A DNA stretch of 20,000 nt from an uncultured virus (IMG/VR IMGVR_UViG_3300035698_022433) (Duplodnaviria; Heunggongvirae; Uroviricota; Caudoviricetes), in the IMG/VR virus record IMGVR_UViG_3300035698_022433, one strand, 5' to 3'. This document shows positions 8,591 to 15,168 of this stretch, piece after piece (the first letter of the stretch is position 1; every line of letters starts with the position of its first letter). The notes beneath the pieces are model-generated. The model did not search any database. It was not told where the DNA came from and saw only the letters and a program-made list of their open reading frames with translations. The position numbers were made by a program, and so were the translations under genes.

Positions 8591-8712
8591 GCAGGGGCAA
8601 CATAAACTCTATACGTTTATCTCTGGAAACAGCAGTGTAGTAGAGAGTTACTTCGGTAAAAAACAAATCTGTAAAATTTGTCTAAGGGAGTTCGAACCTC
8701 CCACCCCCTGCA
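8591..8712 (+). ncRNA. tRNA-Tyr(GTA)-like RNA whose D-arm is replaced by the same Y-RNA-like stem
   Basis: Acceptor GCAGGGG/CCCCTGC+A; CAAAT-CT GTA AA-ATTTG; GGGAG-TTCGAAC-CTCCC; insert AACTCTATACGTTTATCTC...GCAGTGTAGTAGAGAGTTACTTC. Confidence 0.65.
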
Positions 8713-8716
8713 AAAT

Positions 8717-8788
8717 AGTCCCATAGGATAATGGAAGTCCGCCTGGCTTTGAACCAGGCAGAGGTCGGTTCAACTCCGCCTGGGACTG
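8717..8788 (+). tRNA. trnQ: tRNA-Gln(TTG)
   Basis: AGTCCCA/TGGGACT (A1:U72 as in archaeal Gln); CCTGG-CT TTG AA-CCAGG. Confidence 0.9.
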
Positions 8789-8864
8789 TGTGCCGTAGTC
8801 TAGCACGGAGGCAGGCAACGGGCTCATAACCCGTGGTACGAAAGTTCAAATCTTTCCGGCGCAA
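8789..8864 (+). tRNA. trnM: tRNA-Met(CAT), initiator-like
   Basis: Three consecutive G:C pairs in the anticodon stem (ACGGG-CT CAT AA-CCCGT); first pair is U:A rather than A:U. Confidence 0.8.
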
Positions 8865-8868
8865 TCTT

Positions 8869-8941
8869 GGGGACGTGGTCTAATTGGAATGATAGCGGTG
8901 TTGCATACCGTTGACTGCTGGTTCGAATCCTGCCGTCTCCA
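8869..8941 (+). tRNA. trnA: tRNA-Ala(TGC)
   Basis: G3:U70 identity pair; TGC anticodon. Confidence 0.9.
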
Positions 8942-9017
8942 CTGGTAGCTAAACAAAAAATTAGTTGTATGCTGTGTTCACAGCTTGAACATACAAACTG
9001 ATTATTAGCTACTCTAT

Positions 9018-9088
9018 GCTTTCGTGTTTCAACGGTAGAATACCAGGCTGTCTACTTGGTGATTCGGGTTCGATTCCCGGCGAGGGCG
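9018..9088 (+). tRNA. trnD: tRNA-Asp(GTC)
   Basis: Cloverleaf; G73; CCAGG-CT GTC TA-CTTGG. Confidence 0.9.
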
Positions 9089-9137
9089 TATGTTGGAAGA
9101 GAAACGTAGCAGGACTTACGACCTGCATAAACATAGT

Positions 9138-9229
9138 ACTCCTGTAGTGTAGTGGACAATCATGTCTGGCTTTCAAATCTCATTAAATGAAGAGACCAGG
9201 CGACGTGGGTTCAATTCCCGCCAGGAGTG
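9138..9229 (+). tRNA. trnE: tRNA-Glu(TTC) with 19-nt BHB intron (9176-9194)
   Basis: CTTT/GAAG central helix with two 3-nt bulges. Confidence 0.88.
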
Positions 9230-9261
9230 TCGCACTGAAAAGTGCAATAGGTGAAAGAGCC

Positions 9262-9582
9262 ATGAAAGAAAAATACATAGCGGTCTTAGAAGATCGAGAA
9301 GAAGAAAGAGTCCTTAAAACAGAGGATGGAAAAGAAGTTGAAATAAAATACGAACATTACCCAAGCGTTGTCGGACCACGAAGTGTTTACACTGGTCTTC
9401 CTATTTGGGTTGGAAAAACTGAAGCAAACGGTTGCTTAGACGGCGGAACATCAATTGATGTTGAAGCGCGTTGCTGGACACATGAACCATATTCATATAG
9501 TCAAGCGCGCGTGGTATCAACTGGTCGTCTATTAAAACAACTTGGACTTCCAACAAAACTAGCAGAACAAGTAAAGGATTAA
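9262..9582 (+). CDS. hypothetical protein (106 aa)
   Basis: AGGTGA SD before ATG 9262; the track start overlaps tRNA-Glu. Confidence 0.65.
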   Translation: MKEKYIAVLEDREEERVLKTEDGKEVEIKYEHYPSVVGPRSVYTGLPIWVGKTEANGCLDGGTSIDVEARCWTHEPYSYSQARVVSTGRLLKQLGLPTKLAEQVKD

Positions 9583-9595
9583 ATCCTTTACTTAT

Positions 9596-9669
9596 GGGTT
9601 CGTAGAACAATCTGGGAGTTCGCCGTCTTGAAGGGGCGGATGTTGTAGTTTCAAATACTACCGAACCCA
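9596..9669 (+). tRNA. trnF: tRNA-Phe(GAA)
   Basis: GGGTTCG/CGAACCC acceptor; CCGTC-TT GAA GG-GGCGG. Confidence 0.85.
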
Positions 9670-9673
9670 CTAC

Positions 9674-9765
9674 ACCCATGTATTCTAGTCCGGTTAAGAA
9701 GGCACCCTTACAAACCAATTGGTTAAGATAGGTGTTTATCAGCGGTTCAAATCCGCTCATGGGTA
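9674..9765 (+). tRNA. trnV: tRNA-Val(TAC) with 17-nt BHB intron (9713-9729)
   Basis: Textbook BHB: CTTA/TAAG helix, 3-nt bulges, ACC/GGT outer helix. Confidence 0.92.
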
Positions 9766-9767
9766 CT

Positions 9768-9983
9768 ATGTCAAAGACATACAAATTAATTCAATACAAA
9801 AACGGTCAACCTATATACAGTAGACATCTCAGAAGAGATGCACCATATCAATGGTTCAGAAAAGACCATCCACTTGCACGAAGAGCATACTACAAATCAT
9901 TTAGAATGAAGCAGAAGCAATATCTTAAGAAGTTCAATGATTGCATTAAATTTGTAAGAACTAATGGTTGGTTAACCCATTAA
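9768..9983 (+). CDS. small basic hypothetical protein (71 aa)
   Basis: ATG 2 nt after tRNA-Val; K/R/Y-rich. Confidence 0.6.
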   Translation: MSKTYKLIQYKNGQPIYSRHLRRDAPYQWFRKDHPLARRAYYKSFRMKQKQYLKKFNDCIKFVRTNGWLTH

Positions 9984-9984
9984 T

Positions 9985-10073
9985 GATTCCGTGGTCGAAT
10001 TGGTAAGGCATTGGGCTGCAACATAAAAAATGCGGATACCCAAAGACTGAGTGTTCAAATCACTCCGGAATCT
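9985..10073 (+). tRNA. trnC: tRNA-Cys(GCA) with 16-nt BHB intron (10022-10037)
   Basis: U73; CTGC/GCGG central helix. Confidence 0.88.
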
Positions 10074-10074
10074 T

Positions 10075-10149
10075 GAGCCTGTAGTTCAGCTAGGTCAGAA
10101 TACCGGACTCTTAATCCGTAGGTCGCGAGTTCAAATCTTGCCAGGCTCA
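10075..10149 (+). tRNA. trnK: tRNA-Lys(CTT)
   Basis: Cloverleaf; CT CTT AA loop. Confidence 0.92.
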
Positions 10150-10151
10150 CT

Positions 10152-10225
10152 GAATGGGTAGCGTAGCTAGGTCACGCGTTCGGCTTTTAACCGGATACAG
10201 GCGGGTTCAAATCCTGTCCCATTCA
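10152..10225 (+). tRNA. trnK: tRNA-Lys(TTT)
   Basis: Cloverleaf; CT TTT AA loop. Confidence 0.9.
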
Positions 10226-10231
10226 CTAATT

Positions 10232-10416
10232 GGGGCCATATCCCAGTGGTCTAAGGAGCCTGGCTCATATCAGCAAGATGGCAAATTCCCGATGGAGCGT
10301 ACAAAAAACAGTAAGCCTGGTTTGGTAAGTCGTCGTGGCAAACCTCTCCAACGCGCAACGAAAGCCATCCGCTGGGGGAAACCAGGTATTCGCAGGTTCG
10401 AATCCAGCTGGCCCCA
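10232..10416 (+). tRNA. tRNA(CAT), elongator Met or Ile2, with 111-nt intron (10270-10380)
   Basis: GGGGCCA/TGGCCCC+A; CCTGG/CCAGG anticodon stem; near-BHB with CAGC/GCTG outer helix. Confidence 0.82.
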
Positions 10417-10419
10417 CTA

Positions 10420-11064
10420 ATGAAAATATGCGCAATGTCGGATTTACACCGACACCAAATAGATATTCCAAAATGCGATGTATTAGCGATAGCAGGCGAC
10501 ATCAGTGGATTTGATGATGCCAAATGGTTTGGTGAAATCTTTCTTCCATACTTAAAAGAACAAAAAAATAAATACGACATTTGTCTTCTTGTCTTTGGAA
10601 ACCACGATGATATGATACATGCCGCGAATGTTTCTTTTCCGCTTGCTTCAGATTATGTAAAAATTCTTACCAACAAGGAATTTACATATAAGGGTGTAAA
10701 ATTCTTTGGTTCACCATACTGCAAATACTCAGAAAAAATAGTTGACAGCATCAATGCATTCGAGGAACCATTCCTCAAAACGTTATTCAATGACATTCCG
10801 GAAGACACCGATGTACTAATCACTCATTCACCACCATATGGATTTGGTGATACTGTAATAAATCAATCATACCATCTTGGCAGTACATCACTTACAGAAC
10901 GAGTTCGAATAGTAAAACCAAAAATTCATATCTTTGGTCACATTCATACAGGTAAAAAATATACAAAAGAGAATGGCACAAGCTATTACAATGTATCAAT
11001 ATTAAATGATAATTATGAACTAACATACAAACCAACAATAATCAATTATGTAACAGCCACATAG
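10420..11064 (+). CDS. calcineurin-like metallophosphoesterase
   Basis: SDLH, AGD, GNHD, THSPP and GHIH motifs. Confidence 0.92.
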   Translation: MKICAMSDLHRHQIDIPKCDVLAIAGDISGFDDAKWFGEIFLPYLKEQKNKYDICLLVFGNHDDMIHAANVSFPLASDYVKILTNKEFTYKGVKFFGSPYCKYSEKIVDSINAFEEPFLKTLFNDIPEDTDVLITHSPPYGFGDTVINQSYHLGSTSLTERVRIVKPKIHIFGHIHTGKKYTKENGTSYYNVSILNDNYELTYKPTIINYVTAT

Positions 11065-11134
11065 GTCCGTGGTCGATTGGTAATGATACCCTCCTGATAA
11101 GTGGGAGAAGAGAGTTCGATTCTCTCCGGACCTA
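11063..11134 (+). tRNA. trnI: tRNA-Ile(GAT)
   Basis: AGGTCCG/CGGACCT+A; CT GAT AA loop. Confidence 0.88.
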
Positions 11135-11136
11135 CT

Positions 11137-12015
11137 ATGATGAAAAAGTATTATTGTAATTACTGTTGTGAATGGATAGAATGTAAAAATGGAAAATCTT
11201 TTGGTGGTCATAAATCAAATTGCAAAGATAATCCAATAAGAGAAGAAAAGAATAAAAAGATAAGTGAAGCAAATAAACGGAACCATCCAAAAAAAGCTTA
11301 CAAATTAATTTGCAAAAAGTGTAAAAAACAATATACAATTGAAATGACAGAGTATGTCTATGGTAACAATAAATATAGGAAACATTGTTCAAGAAAATGT
11401 GCGAACTCACATGTTCAGTCTTTAACACAAAATAATGCTAGAAGAAAAAAACTACTTGGACGAAACACACATGTTGTTGTATTCATAACAAGAGAATGTA
11501 AAATTTGTAAAACATTGTTTGTTGTCAGAAAAGGTAATGATAGAAAGTGTTGCACAAGAAGTTGCTCAGTAAAGTATGCAATGTATGTTGCACAAAAAAG
11601 AAGAAATTTATCATGGTCTGAAATTCATTTAAAATCATTTAAAAATGGTAGAAAACCAACTGGTAAATATTATGTAGAGTGGTTTACTTACGGCCACATT
11701 AAAGTTCAAGGTACTTATGAACTTCGTACGTGTTATATTTTAGATGCTATGAAAGAAATGGGAGAAATAACAGATTGGAAATACACGTTTGACAGATTCC
11801 CATATATTGGTTTTGATGGAAGAGAACATAGTTATTTTCCAGATTTTAAAGTATTTGGAAATGATACATATTATATTGAAGTTAAGGGTTTATTAAACGA
11901 TATTGATAAGGTTAAATGGAAATCAGTTAGAGACAATGAATACAGATTAGAAGTTTGGGATTTAGATGTAATAAAAAATAATGAAAGCTGTTATGGAATA
12001 ACCACCTGTCCTTAG
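11137..12015 (+). CDS. Zn-finger plus PD-(D/E)XK (TnsA-like) putative homing endonuclease
   Basis: Repeated CxxC...CSxxC modules; YFPDF...YIEVKG; true start ATG 11137. Confidence 0.8.
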   Translation: MMKKYYCNYCCEWIECKNGKSFGGHKSNCKDNPIREEKNKKISEANKRNHPKKAYKLICKKCKKQYTIEMTEYVYGNNKYRKHCSRKCANSHVQSLTQNNARRKKLLGRNTHVVVFITRECKICKTLFVVRKGNDRKCCTRSCSVKYAMYVAQKRRNLSWSEIHLKSFKNGRKPTGKYYVEWFTYGHIKVQGTYELRTCYILDAMKEMGEITDWKYTFDRFPYIGFDGREHSYFPDFKVFGNDTYYIEVKGLLNDIDKVKWKSVRDNEYRLEVWDLDVIKNNESCYGITTCP

Positions 12016-12077
12016 TGTTAACAGAAGCACATCGAGCTGTAGACTCGAAAGAATCGGCGCAAATCCGGTAGGACAGA
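12006..12077 (+). tRNA. trnY: tRNA-Tyr(GTA), archaeal type
   Basis: C1:G72, A73, short variable loop; TCGAG-CT GTA GA-CTCGA; atypical T-loop CGCAAAT. Confidence 0.88.
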
Positions 12078-12079
12078 CT

Positions 12080-12715
12080 ATGAAAATAAGTATGTGGATA
12101 CCTGAAACAAAAAATCCTGTTTGGGTACAGGACTTCATAAATATCGAAATGATACAAGCAGGAAATATAAAGTCAAAAACTACAAGAGAATCTGTAGTTG
12201 ATGGTCTGTATATTGCACAAAGACTTGCAAAACCTGGAATGTGTGTTTACGTAGAAGGAAGAGACTGTGATTTGGATACTTATCGAGGAAAAGAGTTTAA
12301 GTATCACTGCGGAAGAGAGTTTATCACACCAGAAAAGGAAAATGATTACACCTAACTACTCGTATGCTTTGATGCCAATGACCTCTATATAGGTGAATTC
12401 AATGGAAGAGATATCCACGAGCTATATCATAAAAATTCAAACGTAGCACGAAAACATGATGCTGGAGGACAGTCTCAACGTCGATTTGAAAGAGGACGAG
12501 ATGAGTCGTTAAAACATTGGTTCAAAGAAATAGTTGGTTTGGTTAACGATTACAAAAATAGAAGGCCAATATATCTTGGATGTAATGGTATGTACAAAAA
12601 TAGAATAAAAATCAAAGACGTAGTCTTTACAAAAAGTGTATCCATAGACGATAATTGTCTATGGGAGTTAATGGAGGTATCAAGAAATGTTCAAACCGAA
12701 AAGATTGAAGGCTAA
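12080..12715 (+). CDS. prf1: aRF1/eRF1 peptide chain release factor homolog (N+M domains) with in-frame TAA at 12353-12355
   Basis: NIKS (12164-12175) and YHCGREF (YxCxxxF) before the stop; same frame after it gives RKHDAGGQSQRRFER (GGQ 12464-12472). Confidence 0.88.
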
Positions 12716-13130
12716 AGATGCAAAATACTGTACAAATTGTATAGATGAAGAATTAGAGCCACATGTAAAGAGAATAGACTTTGCAATGAAGACCAGAACG
12801 TTTATCATAGACTTTTGGTTTTGTCCTGAATGTGGTGCAACGTACTACTTCAAGGATTGGACTAGTATAGTTGAAAAGAATGAAGTACCAATGAGCGGTC
12901 ATAAAATGTTGAATAAGGAAACTGGAAAATACGAACATATCACTGACCCAAAAAACCTACCGGCAACTAGCTGGGCAGAAACGATGGTATGTGCTGGAGA
13001 CGAGAAAAGATTGGAAGCTCTTTGGGAAAAACGTGGAGCTGAAAAAGAAGCAGTACTGAAGGAGTTGGAGAAGACAGGTAAGTGGGATGTTGAAGAGTAT
13101 TACAAAGTAAAGAAAAGAATGGGCTTGTAG
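12687..13130 (+). CDS. hypothetical Zn-ribbon protein
   Basis: CTNC and CPECG; GGAGGT SD. Confidence 0.65.
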   Translation: MFKPKRLKAKDAKYCTNCIDEELEPHVKRIDFAMKTRTFIIDFWFCPECGATYYFKDWTSIVEKNEVPMSGHKMLNKETGKYEHITDPKNLPATSWAETMVCAGDEKRLEALWEKRGAEKEAVLKELEKTGKWDVEEYYKVKKRMGL

Positions 13131-13193
13131 CACAATCGGAAATGCGATGGCCTTCGAAGCCATAGACTGGGCGTTCGAGTCGCCCCAGGCCCG
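13121..13193 (+). tRNA. trnR: tRNA-Arg(TCG)
   Basis: ATGGC-CT TCG AA-GCCAT. Confidence 0.9.
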
Positions 13194-13194
13194 T

Positions 13195-13314
13195 ATGAAA
13201 AGATTCGTATGTGAAATAACATGTCCTGTTTGCAAACAAGATTTCATAATGACAGGACCAGAAAGAATTTGTCTTCAATGCAGGAATAAAATAAAAAATG
13301 GGAACATGGTGTAA
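13195..13314 (+). CDS. 39-aa Zn-ribbon mini-protein
   Basis: MKRFVCEITCPVCKQDFIMTGPERICLQCRNK: two CxxC pairs filling the gap between two tRNAs. Confidence 0.55.
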   Translation: MKRFVCEITCPVCKQDFIMTGPERICLQCRNKIKNGNMV

Positions 13315-13373
13315 TAGGCAACATATCTGCCTCCAGAGCAGAAGACTTGTGAGTTCGATTCTTACTGTTCCCT
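13300..13373 (+). tRNA. trnW: tRNA-Trp(CCA)
   Basis: TCTGC-CT CCA GA-GCAGA; no intron. Confidence 0.88.
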
Positions 13374-13376
13374 TAT

Positions 13377-13449
13377 GGGCTTGTGGTGTAACTTGGTATC
13401 ACCGGGGTTTTGGATACCTCAAATTCAGGTTCAAATCCTGGCTAGCCCA
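13377..13449 (+). tRNA. trnP: tRNA-Pro(TGG)
   Basis: GGGGT-TT TGG AT-ACCTC. Confidence 0.86.
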
Positions 13450-13451
13450 CT

Positions 13452-13874
13452 ATGCAAACACAAAAATTTCAAATAAAACCGATAGAGGATATAATAAGAG
13501 ATTATTCAGCGCTAAAGAAAATATATCCTTTAAAAATGGAAGTGATAGTGATAACTAGAAACAAATACGATTATAGTTTTACTCCATTGTTAGAACTTGA
13601 CTTTGATGATATCACAAGTGAATACAGATCGACTGAAACAATATCAATTAACAAAGAACATATTAAAAAAATTAAAGAAAAGATTCCAGAAATTAAAGCT
13701 GCTGATACTGTATTTGTATGTTGTGATGCTGGACTATCTCGCAGCCCAGCAGTGGCGAAAGCATTATCACACTATCTACATGACATTCAATCATTCAATT
13801 ACTTAGCATACAGATATCCATTTGCAAACAAAGATGTGTTCGAAACACTCCTAATTGGATTAAAGGAAGGATAG
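13452..13874 (+). CDS. CX5R (tyrosine/dual-specificity-like) phosphatase
   Basis: CDAGLSRSPAVA P-loop. Confidence 0.8.
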   Translation: MQTQKFQIKPIEDIIRDYSALKKIYPLKMEVIVITRNKYDYSFTPLLELDFDDITSEYRSTETISINKEHIKKIKEKIPEIKAADTVFVCCDAGLSRSPAVAKALSHYLHDIQSFNYLAYRYPFANKDVFETLLIGLKEG

Positions 13875-13940
13875 CTGAGTCTGGCCTAAAGCATCGGACT
13901 GTTAATCCGATGATCGTCGGTTCAAATCCGACTCCTTCCG
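13865..13940 (+). tRNA. trnN: tRNA-Asn(GTT)
   Basis: TCGGA-CT GTT AA-TCCGA; G73. Confidence 0.92.
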
Positions 13941-13942
13941 CT

Positions 13943-14039
13943 GCGATAGTAGTTTAGTGGTCTAGAATTCCAGACTGTGAAAAATCATAACATGATTTGC
14001 AGAACTCTGGAGACCCGAGTTCGAATCTCGGCTATCGCC
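13943..14039 (+). tRNA. trnH: tRNA-His(GTG) with 24-nt BHB intron (13981-14004)
   Basis: C73; CTGT/GCAG helix, AAATCAT/ATGATTT outer helix; G-1 not encoded. Confidence 0.9.
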
Positions 14040-14043
14040 CTTT

Positions 14044-14116
14044 GGGTGTATAGTATAATCGGATAGAATAATGGACTTCTAATCCATAGATGCGGGTTCG
14101 ATTCCTGCTACGCCCG
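14044..14116 (+). tRNA. trnR: tRNA-Arg(TCT)
   Basis: ATGGA-CT TCT AA-TCCAT. Confidence 0.9.
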
Positions 14117-14141
14117 TTCTACCAAAGTATTAAAAATAGAT

Positions 14142-14154
14142 AAAGATTTATATA
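14142..14154 (+). promoter_or_regulatory. BRE-TATA promoter
   Basis: AAAGA-TTTATATA about 22 nt before GTG 14176; near copy of the 6441 promoter. Confidence 0.6.
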
Positions 14155-14175
14155 CTACTAATTTTATTACATCTT

Positions 14176-14469
14176 GTGAAGTTTTATATTAAACCATCAT
14201 GGATTAGAATTCGTAAGGATAAAACGGAAAAGAAAGAACAATGGAATATCTATTTACAGAGAATAAAGATAAAAGAATCACTATATAATAAGAATCCTGT
14301 GTATTGCACTGTTATAGGAGGAACAATTAAATGGAATGGAACAAGTAAAAAATATCTCTTTGCTCCAACCAATGATACTTCTTTTGATTATAAAGGATTA
14401 AAAAAGATTGTGCTTTTTATGGAAGTAGAAGGAAAAAGAAAAAAGTATAATATTAAAGATGGTGATTAA
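14176..14469 (+). CDS. hypothetical protein
   Basis: Leaderless GTG start after TATA. Confidence 0.6.
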   Translation: MKFYIKPSWIRIRKDKTEKKEQWNIYLQRIKIKESLYNKNPVYCTVIGGTIKWNGTSKKYLFAPTNDTSFDYKGLKKIVLFMEVEGKRKKYNIKDGD

Positions 14470-14781
14470 ACGAAATTAATAGAAATAGAAAATGGTAAAA
14501 TAACAGAATTACTATGCTATATATGCGAACGCGAGTTCAATACAAACCAAGGCAGATTTCCAGTCGGCGGACCACAACAACATCATCAGCCACCAAAGCA
14601 ATATCACAAACGAAAAAACTACGAAGAAAAGACAATTAATGTATGTCAAAGTTGCCAACGTCAAATTCATGCATTATTTGAAAACAAAGAATTAAAATCA
14701 ATAACCGTTCAACAATTAAGAAATCACCAAGCAATCAAAAAATGGATTAAATGGATAAATAAGGGTAGGAATATGAAATGA
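14470..14781 (+). CDS. small HNH-like protein (103 aa) with ACG at the start position
   Basis: CYIC...HH.PPK...CQSCQRQIHALFENKEL...WIKW; GGTGATTAA precedes ACG; not in ORF track. Confidence 0.65.
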   Translation, partial: TKLIEIENGKITELLCYICEREFNTNQGRFPVGGPQQHHQPPKQYHKRKNYEEKTINVCQSCQRQIHALFENKELKSITVQQLRNHQAIKKWIKWINKGRNMK

Positions 14782-14990
14782 AAAAAAGACGTAATTTTTT
14801 AATAATACGCGAAGGAAAAGAAAGAGAGCGTGCAATAAACATCAATGATATTTCGTATTTGAGTAAAGTAGAAGGTGGAACAAAAATCTATACATGTGAT
14901 GGAACAAATTTTGAGATTGAAGAAAGCATTGAAGAAATTCTTAGTGTAATCAATGGCAGGAAAGGAAAACGAGATGAAAAGACGACGTAA
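14778..14990 (+). CDS. FlbD-like small protein, tandem copy 1
   Basis: MKKRRNFL...ININDI...TKIYT.DG..F.IEESIEEIL. Confidence 0.65.
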   Translation: MKKRRNFLIIREGKERERAININDISYLSKVEGGTKIYTCDGTNFEIEESIEEILSVINGRKGKRDEKTT

Positions 14991-15168
14991 TTTTCTTTTG
15001 ATATCAATAGGCGATGGACATGATAGGGCTTTAAATATTAACAATATAACAGTTGTAAAAAAAAATGAAAATGGCACAAGAATTATTACGGCTTGTGACA
15101 ACAGTTATAATGTTGAGGAAAGTTATGAAGAAGTACTTAATATGATTATTGGTAAGGAAGAGAAATGA
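14974..15168 (+). CDS. FlbD-like small protein, tandem copy 2
   Basis: MKRRRNFL...LNINNI...YNVEESYEEVL; start set by homology to the other copies. Confidence 0.65.
   Translation: MKRRRNFLLISIGDGHDRALNINNITVVKKNENGTRIITACDNSYNVEESYEEVLNMIIGKEEK

Noticed and set aside
10270..10380. Group I intron or box C/D RNA in tRNA(CAT)
   Set aside because: Too short for group I, no terminal G, BHB-like junction at 37/38; no clear RUGAUGA/CUGA boxes
10154..10420. ORFs 10154-10420, 13298-13558 and the N-terminal extensions at 7861, 9187, 9732 and 11101
   Set aside because: They run through tRNA genes; GC-rich tRNA sequence creates spurious open frames
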